Positions 20,496 to 30,219 of a stretch of 64,000 nucleotides of DNA are shown in pieces (position 1 is the stretch's first letter; the number at the start of each line of letters is the position of its first letter). The stretch is from Gemmatimonadales bacterium (GTDB lineage Bacteria; Gemmatimonadota; Gemmatimonadetes; Gemmatimonadales; GWC2-71-9). Under the pieces are notes generated by a model, which was given only the letters and a program-made list of their open reading frames with translations, did no database searches and was not told the origin of the DNA. The DNA lies in assembly GCA_965249575.1 (NCBI GenBank), contig OZ252244.1, positions 1,088,001 to 1,152,000 on the forward strand. The letters are read 5' to 3'. The position numbers and the translations under genes were made by a program.

Positions 20496-21893
20496 ATGGG
20501 GCCCCGCAAGCCGTTCGAATGGCTGACCGTAGCCGTTGTCGCGCCGCTGCTGTTCGGCGGGTGTGCCACCGGCGTCGGGAGCCGAAGCCACGCTCGGCTC
20601 GTCGCCCGCATCGATTCGATCGCGGAGAAGGCCATCGATGAGGGGCCGCTTGCGGGGCTGGCCATCTCTGTGACGCGGTGGAACGACACCCTCCTGGCAT
20701 CCGGCTACGGCTACGCGGATCTCGATCGCAAAATCCCGGCCGGACCCAATACAATCTTCCCCATCGCCTCGATCACGAAACAGATCACCGCCGTGGCCGT
20801 GCTGCAATTGGCGGAACGGGGCCAGCTGCAACTCAATGACGAGATCACTGAGTACCTCCCCGACTATCCCACCGGAGGGCACAAGATCGAGATCGAACAT
20901 CTCCTCACGCACACCTCCGGCATCCGGAGCTTCACGAGCCTGGGTGACACGTGGGCCCTGGAGGCCGACCCGTACCTGCCGCATGATGCCATGGTCGAGC
21001 TGTTCGCGAATGAGCCGTTCGACTTTCCGCCCGGGGAGAGCTTTCTCTACAGCAACTCGGGCTATTACCTCCTGGGGCTGATCATCGAGCGTGTGTCGGG
21101 CCAATCGTATGCCGATTACGTAAGGGAGCACATCTTTGAGCCACTCGGCATGCGCGACTCGGGCTACTGCGATGACGAACCGAACGGCCGGACCGCGCTG
21201 GGTCATGTCCTGGATGGGGGAAGCCTCGTTCGGGTGCAGCCGACCGGTATGAGCCACCTCTACGCCGCGGGCTCGCTTTGCTCCACGGTGCTCGACCTCC
21301 TCACCTGGACACGATCGCTGCGCGAGCGAAAGCTCATGAACGCACTCTCGTACCGCCGGATGACGACGCCCGTGAAGCTCAAGGACGGCTCTGAAGCGAG
21401 TTACGGGTACGGACTCTTGCTGGGTGAGCTCGGGGGAAGGCGCATGATCGGGCACGGGGGCGGCATCGAGGGTTTCGCGACCCAGCTCTCGTACTACCCG
21501 GACCGCCGCGTTACCGTCGCCGTTCTCGCCAACGCCGAGCACGCACGCACCCGACCGATCGCCGAGACCATCGCGCGGTGGGTCCTGGGAATCCCTGAGC
21601 CCGACGTGAAGGACCGGCCACTCGAGCCAGAGGAGCTTCCGAGATATCCAGGAGATTACGACCTGCGCGACGGCGTCCTTCATGTCTTCGAGCAGGACGG
21701 CGAGATCCTGGCACGTTTCGGCCAGAGCGACCCCATTCGCCTGCGCTATCAAGGCGCCGACGTGTTCGTGGCGGAATCCGACGCGACGATGGAGCTTCGG
21801 TTCGTAGTGAGCCGCGGGAGAGCCCGAAAAGTCGTTCTGACCATCGCCGACCTCTCCCTCGACGCCGACCGCATCGCCGAAATAACCCCGTAA
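20496..21893 (+). CDS. Beta-lactamase-family serine hydrolase (lipoprotein)
   Basis: FGGC lipobox; SITK, LLTHTSG, YSN, HGGG. Confidence 0.88.
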   Translation: MGPRKPFEWLTVAVVAPLLFGGCATGVGSRSHARLVARIDSIAEKAIDEGPLAGLAISVTRWNDTLLASGYGYADLDRKIPAGPNTIFPIASITKQITAVAVLQLAERGQLQLNDEITEYLPDYPTGGHKIEIEHLLTHTSGIRSFTSLGDTWALEADPYLPHDAMVELFANEPFDFPPGESFLYSNSGYYLLGLIIERVSGQSYADYVREHIFEPLGMRDSGYCDDEPNGRTALGHVLDGGSLVRVQPTGMSHLYAAGSLCSTVLDLLTWTRSLRERKLMNALSYRRMTTPVKLKDGSEASYGYGLLLGELGGRRMIGHGGGIEGFATQLSYYPDRRVTVAVLANAEHARTRPIAETIARWVLGIPEPDVKDRPLEPEELPRYPGDYDLRDGVLHVFEQDGEILARFGQSDPIRLRYQGADVFVAESDATMELRFVVSRGRARKVVLTIADLSLDADRIAEITP

Positions 21894-21924
21894 CAACGCG
21901 CCTACATCCGTCGCCAGGGAAAGC

Positions 21925-22295
21925 CGCTTCGATCGACTGGGAAGGAGCGTGGTCTGCTCTGAGTCGGACCTTCGCGTGGGCGGCCGTAATGTCTACCGGC
22001 ACGGCCCAAGGACGATCCGAGGTTCGCGTGCGACGTCAGGTACGAGGATATCGTCGCGGACAAACGGCTCGTGGTCGTTGAGAGAGTCACGACCGGGGAC
22101 CGGCCGCTGTCGGTATCGCTAGTAACCTGGGAGCGGCTCGCGGAGAGCGGTGGAACCAAGCTCGTACTCGGGAAACAGCTCGTTTCGTTCGTGGGAGCGG
22201 AAATGGTGGAGGGGTCGAAGTCAGGAACGGTTATGGCACTCGACAACCTGGGGGCTTTGCTGGCTCGGGGGAGTGCGAAAACGGCATCTGATTAG
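21925..22295 (+). pseudogene. SRPBCC/AHSA1-like fragment
   Basis: DLRVGGR..YRHGP / KDDPRF..YEDIV.DKR.V..LSVSLVT....GGTKL..ALDNL; frameshift at ~22008; no start codon. Confidence 0.6.
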
Positions 22296-22464
22296 GAATC
22301 TATCCAGCCGTAGCCTCACACAACGTGAGTGAAGGCTCACTTTGCACGATATCTGGACCTCTCATCATTCCAGAGCTTCTCACGTGTCGATCATAACGGA
22401 CTATCACATATGGCTTTAGGTAACATCAACTACCGTTTTCGACCGGCCACACTAGATTTGGGCC

Positions 22465-23523
22465 ATGAGTTTGGCCCCCCTGATTGGGCATGAAAAGCTC
22501 CGGAACCGGCTGGAAGGCGCTCTCGCCTCCGGCCGGTTCCCGCAATCGGCACTCTTTGTCGGCCCCGCGGGAGTCGGGAAGCAACGACTTGGCCTGTGGG
22601 TAGCCCAGGGCCTGCTGTGCGCGGAAGGTCCGGGCGCTCCCTGCGGCGCATGTCAGCCCTGCAAATTGGTGTCGGGGCTCGCTCACCCCGATCTGCACTG
22701 GTTCACGCCGATTCCGCGCCCGAAGGCCGGCGACCCCGACCGACAGGTTGACCAGGCCGAGGAAACGCTCGCCGAGATCATGGCCGATCGCCGGAGCAAC
22801 CCGTTCTATGCCCGGCCTGACGGCATGAGTAGCCACGCGCTGGCCTCGGTTCGCCTGCTTCAGCGGCGGGTCTCCCTCAAGCCTTTCCAGGCCAACCGGA
22901 AGATCATCCTTCTCGGCGATGCCGAGCGGCTCGTGGTGCAGGAAGCCAGCCAGGAGGCAGCCAACTCGCTGCTCAAGGTGCTCGAGGAGCCGCCTCGGGA
23001 TACGGTCATTCTTCTGACAGCGGCTGAGCCTCGCGCCCTCCTTCCGACCATCCAGTCGCGGCTCGTCCCGATCAGGGTGGGGCGGCTGACCGACGCCGAA
23101 GTACGGGCCTTCTTGACCGAAACTGTAGATCCTCCCCTCGACGGAGACGAGTTGGAGCGGCGCGTGCTCGGTGCGGACGGTTGCCCTGGCCTCGCACTTG
23201 CCGCGGCGGGCGACGGGGACGGCGCCGACCGGACGGCGGCGAGCCTCTTGAATGCGTTACGCCGTGGGTCAGGCGCCTGGGCACCGTTGGCTTTTGCGCA
23301 GCAGCCGTGGGGAGCCCGCGGTGATTTCTCAGCCATGTTGGATTCGCTTGCACTGAAGCTTCGAGCAAGCGTCAAGACCCAGGCCGCAGGCTCCGAGCGT
23401 TCGATTCGCCGCCGGTTGCTCGCACTGCGGCGGGTTCAGCAGATTCGCGCCGAGGCGCAGGGCAACACCAACCCCCAACTGGCTCTGGCAACCTTGGCCA
23501 GCGATCTCGAGCGGCTCTCGTGA
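22465..23523 (+). CDS. holB: DNA polymerase III delta-prime subunit
   Basis: GPAGVGK, CGACQPC, HPDL, EAANSLLKVLEEPP, LLPTIQSR. Confidence 0.92.
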   Translation: MSLAPLIGHEKLRNRLEGALASGRFPQSALFVGPAGVGKQRLGLWVAQGLLCAEGPGAPCGACQPCKLVSGLAHPDLHWFTPIPRPKAGDPDRQVDQAEETLAEIMADRRSNPFYARPDGMSSHALASVRLLQRRVSLKPFQANRKIILLGDAERLVVQEASQEAANSLLKVLEEPPRDTVILLTAAEPRALLPTIQSRLVPIRVGRLTDAEVRAFLTETVDPPLDGDELERRVLGADGCPGLALAAAGDGDGADRTAASLLNALRRGSGAWAPLAFAQQPWGARGDFSAMLDSLALKLRASVKTQAAGSERSIRRRLLALRRVQQIRAEAQGNTNPQLALATLASDLERLS

Positions 23524-23999
23524 AGCTGACCCACGTCGACGGCGGCGGCAGGGCCCGCATGGTGGACGTCGCGGCGAAGCCCGAAACCGCGCGGATGGCC
23601 GTCGCGGAGGGGGTGATCCGCATGTCGTCCGAGGCGTTCGCCGCGCTCGAGCGGGGAGACGCGCCAAAGGGCGACGTCATCGGCACGGCCGAGCTGGCCG
23701 GCGTAATGGGCGCGAAGAGAACCGGCGACCTGATCCCGTTGTGCCACCCGCTTGGCTTGGATCACGTTGACGTGACCGCGGCCCTCGACGCGAGCCTCCC
23801 CGGGGTCAGGGTTCGCGCGACAACGACGGCGGTGGCCAAAACCGGGGTCGAGATGGAGGCGCTCAGCGCGGTAACTATTTCGCTACTCGCGGTGTATGAC
23901 ATGGCGAAGGCGATCGATCGGGGCATGGAGATCGGCCCTGTTCGCCTGCTGAAGAAAACCGGAGGCACCCGGGGCGACTGGCAGCGAGATGCTGTCTAA
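23520..23999 (+). CDS. moaC: Cyclic pyranopterin monophosphate synthase
   Basis: LTHVD..G.ARMVDV, KGDV, LIPLCHP, TGVEMEAL, YDMAKA, KTGG. Confidence 0.96.
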   Translation: MKLTHVDGGGRARMVDVAAKPETARMAVAEGVIRMSSEAFAALERGDAPKGDVIGTAELAGVMGAKRTGDLIPLCHPLGLDHVDVTAALDASLPGVRVRATTTAVAKTGVEMEALSAVTISLLAVYDMAKAIDRGMEIGPVRLLKKTGGTRGDWQRDAV

Positions 24000-24014
24000 G
24001 CCCCGTTTTCAATA

Positions 24015-24737
24015 ATGGAGACAAAAACAGTGCACGATATTCTACGCCCGCAGGATAGGGATCACTCGCGGCTCTCGGTGACGCAGGGTCTCATGCTCAG
24101 AGGCTTAGGCGTCATATTGAGCGTCGCGGTGCTGAGCGCCAGCATCGGCGCCGGATCCAGCCCCGTTACCGCCGACGATCAGCCCGCGTCCTACACCGGG
24201 ACCATCATCATGAATGAGCTGGAGCGCCTGCGGCGCGAGCTCGACCGGGTGCGGGGCCACCTCGAGCTGGTAACGCTCGCCCGGGACCGAGCGGATGCCA
24301 TCATGCAATACTCCGCCGACTTCAGGGCACCCGCCGATCTTGGGACCTTGATTTACGATACCGCGCTCAGGGAAGGCATGGACCCGGAACTGGCCTTCCG
24401 GCTCGTTCGGCTCGAAAGCGGGTTCAAACCCAACGCCAAGAGCCGTGCGAACGCTTATGGGCTCGCGCAAGTGCAGCCCGCCACCGCTCGGCACTACGAG
24501 GCAGATATCACGGTCGTGAAGCTCCTCGAGCCCGAGCGCAACCTACGCATCGGGATTCGCTACTTGCGGGATCTCCTTGAGCGGTACCAGGGCGACGTCG
24601 AGCTCGCGCTGTTGGCCTATAACAGGGGCCCGAGTAGAGTGCAGAGCCTTCTCGACCGCGGTCGTGACCCGCGAAATGGCTACGCTTCGATCATCATGGA
24701 GGGGTACGGCCGGGTCAGCCGCGGTCCGGACGAGTGA
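24015..24737 (+). CDS. SLT-domain lytic transglycosylase
   Basis: ESGF, AYGLAQV, NLRIG..YL, ALLAYNRG. Confidence 0.85.
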   Translation: METKTVHDILRPQDRDHSRLSVTQGLMLRGLGVILSVAVLSASIGAGSSPVTADDQPASYTGTIIMNELERLRRELDRVRGHLELVTLARDRADAIMQYSADFRAPADLGTLIYDTALREGMDPELAFRLVRLESGFKPNAKSRANAYGLAQVQPATARHYEADITVVKLLEPERNLRIGIRYLRDLLERYQGDVELALLAYNRGPSRVQSLLDRGRDPRNGYASIIMEGYGRVSRGPDE

Positions 24738-26294
24738 TTAGGGACTGATACGGAGTCGGATCCCTACCCGCAGGATGTCAGTTGACCGGATCTCATTCCA
24801 ACGCGTGAGGTCAGCGACCGTCACACCGTAGCGTTTCCCGATCAGGTACAGCGTGTCACCCCATCGAACGAGGTGATACGAAAGCCTCCCACCGCGCCCC
24901 CCAGTTCCTTGCGCCTGGATCGGCCCGGACCGCGTCAGGGAGGGTGTCGGCCTCAGTATCGCACCCGACCGGGCCGCGGAGCTGATGGGCACGGTGAGGC
25001 GGTGTCCCACCCGCAGCCTCAGGGGCCGTACGCTGGGATTGGCCGCGAGCACCACCTTGGTGCTGACACGGTAGCGTTTGGCAATGAGCGAAACCGTCTC
25101 TCCCCGACGCACGACGTGCTCGATGAAGTTCAGCCGCTCCGATTCCGGCAATTCAGCCCAACACCTGGCGACCAGCAACCCCGACCCCCGCGGAACGCGA
25201 ACGATCACCTCCCGGTCGGGCGGTGTCGCTCCACGAAAGAAATGGGGGTTCAGTTCCTTGAGGGCGGCTGCGGTCGTGTCGGCGAGGTGGGCCAGCACGT
25301 CGAGTCCGGTCGCGCTGCTGACTGAGATCTCGTCGTACTCGAAGGGCCGTAGTGCCGGGATGCTATCGAAACCGTAGCGCGCCGGGTCCTTGGCGATAAT
25401 GGCGGCGGCGATGAGCTTGGGCACATAGTCGCGTGTCTCGCGCCGGAGGTACCGGCGACTGGACAGCGCGAAGAACGTCTCGTCCGTCAACGAATCGGCG
25501 CGATTCCTGAGCCGCCGAATCCCGCGGGACACCCGGCCTGCCCCTCCGTTGTAGGCCGCCGCCGCGAGATACCACGACCCAAACTCTTGGTTCAGATCGG
25601 CGAGGTGCCGCGCCGCGGCGTCGGTCGCCTTGAACGGATCGCGACGGTCATCGACCCAGGTGCCAGCCTGGAGCCCATAGCGCCGGCCCGTGGAACGAAT
25701 GAACTGCCACATGCCCACGGCATGGGCGCGTGAAACGGCGGTGTTCGAGAACCCGCTCTCAATGAGCCCGAGATACACCAGATCTTCGGGGATGCCCTGG
25801 CGCCGGAATCGGGCCCGGACCATGCCCTCGTACCGCTCGAGCCGGCCCAACCAAATGGTGAACCGATCGCGCGCCTCATCGAGGAAGAAGTCGACGTAGA
25901 ACTGCACGCGGGCATTGTCGGCGAAGGACGCAACGTCGATGTCATACGCGGGACCGGTAACGGCGGCCGCCCCGCCGCGCGGGGTGGTCAACGTGCGTGC
26001 CGATTCTTCGACGGGCCGCGGCACGCTGTCCGCCAGCCCCGGGATGACGCCGCGCACGTGCGCCGCACGGCGGTCTAGGCTTCCGAACTCCAGTTCGTCC
26101 AGTGCCGTGAGTGTTGCCTCGTCCGCGGCGGAATCGTCCACCGTCTCGACCAACAAGGGCACGCTCGCCAAGGGGACGGGGACCGAATCGGGATCCGGCG
26201 CAAGCTCGGCGCGCTGGACCCCCGCTCCCCCACACGCGGCGGCGAGTAGCGCCGCAGCGAGCGGTGCCACTCCCATCCGGAGGCGGGCCATCAC
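24738..26294 (-). CDS. MltD-like lytic transglycosylase with two LysM domains (lipoprotein)
   Basis: LAAAC; IESGF, AVGMWQF, AAYNGG, ETRDYVPK; HVVRRGET and HLVRWGDTL LysM repeats. Confidence 0.9.
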   Translation of the reverse strand: MMARLRMGVAPLAAALLAAACGGAGVQRAELAPDPDSVPVPLASVPLLVETVDDSAADEATLTALDELEFGSLDRRAAHVRGVIPGLADSVPRPVEESARTLTTPRGGAAAVTGPAYDIDVASFADNARVQFYVDFFLDEARDRFTIWLGRLERYEGMVRARFRRQGIPEDLVYLGLIESGFSNTAVSRAHAVGMWQFIRSTGRRYGLQAGTWVDDRRDPFKATDAAARHLADLNQEFGSWYLAAAAYNGGAGRVSRGIRRLRNRADSLTDETFFALSSRRYLRRETRDYVPKLIAAAIIAKDPARYGFDSIPALRPFEYDEISVSSATGLDVLAHLADTTAAALKELNPHFFRGATPPDREVIVRVPRGSGLLVARCWAELPESERLNFIEHVVRRGETVSLIAKRYRVSTKVVLAANPSVRPLRLRVGHRLTVPISSAARSGAILRPTPSLTRSGPIQAQGTGGRGGRLSYHLVRWGDTLYLIGKRYGVTVADLTRWNEIRSTDILRVGIRLRISP

Positions 26295-26701
26295 GTCGTC
26301 CGCTCCCTCGTAAAGATGTTTCCAAGCATGCGATTCGTGGCGTTCAGGACTGCGAACGCCGCGCCGCGCGGCGACGAATCGTCCGCGATGTACGATCCCA
26401 CCAGCCGAGAGGTTTGCCCGGCCTGCTGCGATGCCAGCGACACGATTACCACGGTCGTGTCGAACGCTCTGACCGATTTGACGCCGAGTAGTTCAAAAGA
26501 GGCCTCCGCTCTCACCGCCTGGTCCATTGCACTTAGGGGCGCCTGCGCCGCACACTGGAGCTCACCGGCCTGGGAAGCAATTTCCTCGGAAAACCCGGTG
26601 AATTCGGTACCTGGTTCCCATTCGAGCACTACGCGCGCGCGGCACCGCCCCGTCTGCAAGCGATCTAGGTTAAACGAGATAAACCGAAGTCTTTCAGGCA
26701 T
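26291..26701 (-). CDS. Hypothetical protein
   Basis: ATG ORF coupled to the mltD-like gene; globular composition; ends AVLNATNR. Confidence 0.7.
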   Translation of the reverse strand: MPERLRFISFNLDRLQTGRCRARVVLEWEPGTEFTGFSEEIASQAGELQCAAQAPLSAMDQAVRAEASFELLGVKSVRAFDTTVVIVSLASQQAGQTSRLVGSYIADDSSPRGAAFAVLNATNRMLGNIFTRERTT

Positions 26702-26829
26702 TTAACCAGAACGCCGGCAGCGAGATTCGTTGAACTGTGCTTAAGAACGGGGCAGGATTCGTGCCCACGAGCCCCTCCCGGTCAGGGAATTCGAGAAGTT
26801 GCGGAGCCGGCGGCACCAAAGCCGCCAGA

Positions 26830-27084
26830 CTATTCAGGGGAGTCGAACCGGACCTCGAGTTGGCCTCGGCTGCTCGCCTCAGCGGCACGGAGCAGGTCGA
26901 CGTCCAGCCGCGGCTTCCCATTGTCGTCGGTCAGAGCCGACACCAAGAGAATCTGCCCGTCGTCCAGCGTTACGCGAAGTGAGCGGCAATCCGATCGTAT
27001 GGTGACATCCGTCACAGTTCGATCGCGAAGCTGCCCGACGGCGTCAGCAATCCGCCGAAGGTCTTGAACCGAGGCAATAGACAC
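26830..27084 (-). CDS. Small hypothetical protein
   Basis: Coding-like ORF VSIASVQDLRRIAD... Confidence 0.6.
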   Translation of the reverse strand: MSIASVQDLRRIADAVGQLRDRTVTDVTIRSDCRSLRVTLDDGQILLVSALTDDNGKPRLDVDLLRAAEASSRGQLEVRFDSPE

Positions 27085-27103
27085 GTTCGAGTGGCGAAAT
27101 GCG

Positions 27104-27349
27104 CTACGGGAGGTGCTCGACAAGGACGTCCCGCAGCGCGTCGTCGGGAATCCTGTCAGCTTGGTTGAAGAGCGAGGACTTGGAGACCGACTCGAACGGG
27201 TAGGCGGCCCACAGGGCCGGCCGATCGCGGTTGGAGTTCACTGCGCGGAATGACAGCATGAGTTGCCACAGTTCCGCGTTGGCTCGGCGTTCGGCCGCGG
27301 GCTGAACGTGCCAGACCTCTCCATGTGCGTCGATGATTCTCCATGCCAT
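27104..27349 (-). CDS. Small hypothetical protein
   Basis: MAWRIIDAHGEVWHVQPAAERR...; GAGG upstream. Confidence 0.65.
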   Translation of the reverse strand: MAWRIIDAHGEVWHVQPAAERRANAELWQLMLSFRAVNSNRDRPALWAAYPFESVSKSSLFNQADRIPDDALRDVLVEHLP

Positions 27350-27417
27350 GTGGCAGTAAACCTCTACTGGGCGTCCAAAGGCGAGTCGCCCAATATGACG
27401 CCCGCTTCGCGAGGCCG

Positions 27418-28011
27418 TCAAGAGGTTTCGAGCCCAAGGGCCTCGACGTCTTCACCGGTATCCAGATCGCGCAAAGGTTCTAATAACGCAACGTGCACAC
27501 CGGCCCTCCGGGCGATGGCTTGGGTGCGGGACAAGACTTCGCCCGTCCCCCACGGGACGCCGGTAAAGAGCGCGGGCAACGCGTGGTGCAAAGCGATCAA
27601 GTAATACCCCCCGTCGAACGCAGGGCCAAAAACAGCATCGACCGGACGCAGCGCGGCGATCGCTTTGGCCACCGTATCGGCAGTGACTCCCGGCGCGTCG
27701 GCCCCGATCATCACCACCGGCGCATCGCCTCTCGAAAAGTGCGCGCCAAACGCCCGAGCCATGCGCGCGCCAAGATCGCCCGCCGATTGGGGGAGGTATT
27801 CCCGCTCCCCCAGCCACGACCGCATTTCGTCGAGCGCATCGGGCGGATCGTACCAAACCGTGAGCGGATAGCCGGAGCCGACCTGCTCGACGACCCGCCG
27901 GCCCACCTGCCGGTAGAGCGCAGCGGCCTCGTCGGTTCCGATGTCAGCGGCGAGGCGGGTCTTGACCCAGCCGGGTCTCGGCGCCTTCGCAAGCAAGGCA
28001 ACCGCCGTCAC
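27418..28011 (-). CDS. TIGR04282/DUF2064 glycosyltransferase-like protein
   Basis: AKAPRPG.VKTRL, Q.AGDLG.RM, IGADAP, GPA.DGGYYLI, WGT, DLDT.ED. Confidence 0.88.
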   Translation of the reverse strand: MTAVALLAKAPRPGWVKTRLAADIGTDEAAALYRQVGRRVVEQVGSGYPLTVWYDPPDALDEMRSWLGEREYLPQSAGDLGARMARAFGAHFSRGDAPVVMIGADAPGVTADTVAKAIAALRPVDAVFGPAFDGGYYLIALHHALPALFTGVPWGTGEVLSRTQAIARRAGVHVALLEPLRDLDTGEDVEALGLETS

Positions 28012-28700
28012 TCTCGCTCCGGTTGATACCAGCGAGCCAGACGAGAGGGAGCAACGCCGGCGGCGTAGGCGGAAACCAGCGCCGCGTTCCGCAGCGAGCC
28101 CAGTACCGAGCCCTCGCGTCGCCACCGCCGCGGGGACACCCGCAGGCTCGAGCGAAGCCGCTGAACGGCAGCGACCCGGCCGAGTGTCCGGATCATGGCG
28201 ATGTCTTCCAATATCGGCAGGTCCGGGAACCCCCCAACGTCCTCAAAGACTCTGCGGCGGACCAGAAGCCCCTGGTCGCCGTAGGCGAGGCCCGCCACTC
28301 GATCACGAACTGCGGCGCCCCATTCCACCACTCTGGCCCAGATGCCGGCAGCGTCGATTCCGAGGCGCCAAACCGCCGCGTCGGCCGTCGAGTCGGCGAC
28401 GACCGCCTCGAGATCTCGCCGCGCGTCCGGCCCAAAACGCACATCTGCATGGAAGAAACAGAGCCAATCGCCCTGGACCTCGCGGGCCCCGGCGTTCATC
28501 TGCTGGGCGCGCCCCCGTGGGGCACGGGTAACGCGTGCGCCGCCGCTGCGAGCCAGGCGAATCGTTCGGTCCATCGATCCACCGTCGCACACGACGACGT
28601 CGATGGGGACCGACAGACTGGCGAGATCCTCCAGGAGCCGCGGCAACCGGGCGGCTTCATTGAGCGTTGGAATGACGAAGCCGACGCGATGTGGCTTCAG
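28008..28700 (-). CDS. TIGR04283 family glycosyltransferase (GT2)
   Basis: IPTLNE, DGGS.D, GRAQQMNAGA, FHAD, YGDQG, GGFP..ILED, SPRRW; start uncertain (CTG 28700 or TTG 28739). Confidence 0.88.
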   Translation of the reverse strand: MKPHRVGFVIPTLNEAARLPRLLEDLASLSVPIDVVVCDGGSMDRTIRLARSGGARVTRAPRGRAQQMNAGAREVQGDWLCFFHADVRFGPDARRDLEAVVADSTADAAVWRLGIDAAGIWARVVEWGAAVRDRVAGLAYGDQGLLVRRRVFEDVGGFPDLPILEDIAMIRTLGRVAAVQRLRSSLRVSPRRWRREGSVLGSLRNAALVSAYAAGVAPSRLARWYQPERE

Positions 28701-29509
28701 GGCCGGCTTCCGTAGATCGCCGTGTCGTTCAGGGTCCAATCATAGTGCTCGTGGCTCACCCTCGGATTGGCTGCGCTGAGGGCTGCGGCATGGTCTGCTG
28801 GCAGGTACGGGAGGAGGAATTCGACCACCCCTCCAGCCGCTGTGAAATCCTTGGCGTACCAATCGAGCACCTTCCCGAGCCGCAGCACGGGGGGATCTCC
28901 TCGCTCAAAGCGGTACTGCGCGGTGTCCGCGACGAACCGGCGGACCGCTGCGTCGAGCTGCCGATCTAGCTCGAAGCCGCGGTATGCACTGGGCGCAAGG
29001 ACCGGACACGACCTCGAAGCGCAGTTCACGGCGAAGTGAATCCGCGGCTCACCCATCGGGCGGATGATCTCATGCTCGATTTCGTCAAGCGCGCGCGCTT
29101 GGCCGGCGACGCCACAGAACCGTCGCGTCCACGTGTCCGAAATCTGCCGTATCGAATTGCCCGGCACCCCGGCCAGGCTCTTTACGCTCGAGCCGGGGAA
29201 TCCCGCCCGCTGGATGGGATAGTGGGAGATCACGAGATACAACGTGCAGGCGTTGTACGCGTTGATCCAAAACGCCAGCTGATCGCTGCGTGTGGCGTTG
29301 GCGAGAGCGCTCGTGTCGGCTGCCCCGAGCGACGCCAAGTATTCCTCGAGATCGCCGGCATCAGCCTTGAGCCCGGCGTAATCGACGAATGATCCGTGCA
29401 GATACCGCTCGAGCACACGGTCGAACACCCCGTGGTCAGGGAGCGCCTGCGCGCGCAACGCGCTGCTCGGCAGGACAAGCGTTATGAATACGGGCAACAG
29501 GCGACTCAC
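28697..29509 (-). CDS. DUF547 domain secreted protein
   Basis: signal peptide; VDY, LAFWINAYN, LDEIEH, EPRIHFAVNCASRSCP, YDWTLN. Confidence 0.9.
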   Translation of the reverse strand: MSRLLPVFITLVLPSSALRAQALPDHGVFDRVLERYLHGSFVDYAGLKADAGDLEEYLASLGAADTSALANATRSDQLAFWINAYNACTLYLVISHYPIQRAGFPGSSVKSLAGVPGNSIRQISDTWTRRFCGVAGQARALDEIEHEIIRPMGEPRIHFAVNCASRSCPVLAPSAYRGFELDRQLDAAVRRFVADTAQYRFERGDPPVLRLGKVLDWYAKDFTAAGGVVEFLLPYLPADHAAALSAANPRVSHEHYDWTLNDTAIYGSRP

Positions 29510-30219
29510 GGGGCCTCCGACGAACCGACCGACGCAGGGGCGAACCCAAGCTTCCGCGCCGCGAGCGGAATGAGACTCAACGCCACGAGCAGTCCGCCGG
29601 CTATCCACAAACGGGTGCGCGCAGCCTGACCTGCGTCGGTCGAGCCTTGAACGAGCGCATCCGCAAAGAAGGTGTACACCAGCGTGCCCGGAAGGATGCC
29701 GATCACGGTCGCCACGGCATAGTCGCGCCACTTGAGGTCGGTCAGCCCCGATCCAAAGTTGAGCGCGTTGAAGGGGACCAGTGGGACCAGCCGAAGAATG
29801 AGCAGACCCAGGAACCCGTGCTCGGCGGTGGCGCGATTGAGTCCCTGGAGGCGGCTACCCACCATTCGCTGGATCCCCTCCCGTCCGAGAGCGCGCGCGA
29901 GCAGGAAGGCAGCGTTCGCGCCGATGTTGGCCGCGATCGTGTTCAGCACCGCGCCCCACCCAAAACCGAAGACTGCGCCACCGGCAATCGTAAGCACCGA
30001 GCCGGGGAGCGCCAGCGCCGTGGCCAACGCGTACACGCCGATGAACACGGCGGGGGCCCCAGGAAGCGCGCGGAGCCTGTCCAGACCCGCCGCTAAGCCG
30101 GCTCCCGTCAGATAGGTTCCGGCCGGGGTTTGCCGAACGACGAGTGCCGCCGCCGCCAGCACCGCCACGAGAGCCGCCAATTTGACAAACGGCCGGTAGC
30201 GTCCTCCTACGCCAGCCAC
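29506..30219 (-). CDS. TVP38/TMEM64 (DedA/SNARE-associated) membrane protein
   Basis: LPGSVLT..GG.VFG, LRLVPLVPFN.LNFG.G, GILPGT. Confidence 0.9.
   Translation of the reverse strand: MAGVGGRYRPFVKLAALVAVLAAAALVVRQTPAGTYLTGAGLAAGLDRLRALPGAPAVFIGVYALATALALPGSVLTIAGGAVFGFGWGAVLNTIAANIGANAAFLLARALGREGIQRMVGSRLQGLNRATAEHGFLGLLILRLVPLVPFNALNFGSGLTDLKWRDYAVATVIGILPGTLVYTFFADALVQGSTDAGQAARTRLWIAGGLLVALSLIPLAARKLGFAPASVGSSEAP

Noticed and set aside
20286..21896. 536-aa minus-strand ORF and similar long antisense ORFs
   Set aside because: Antisense shadows of clear genes in high-GC DNA
22385..22430. dif-like site
   Set aside because: Only a TTATG half-match; the other arm does not fit
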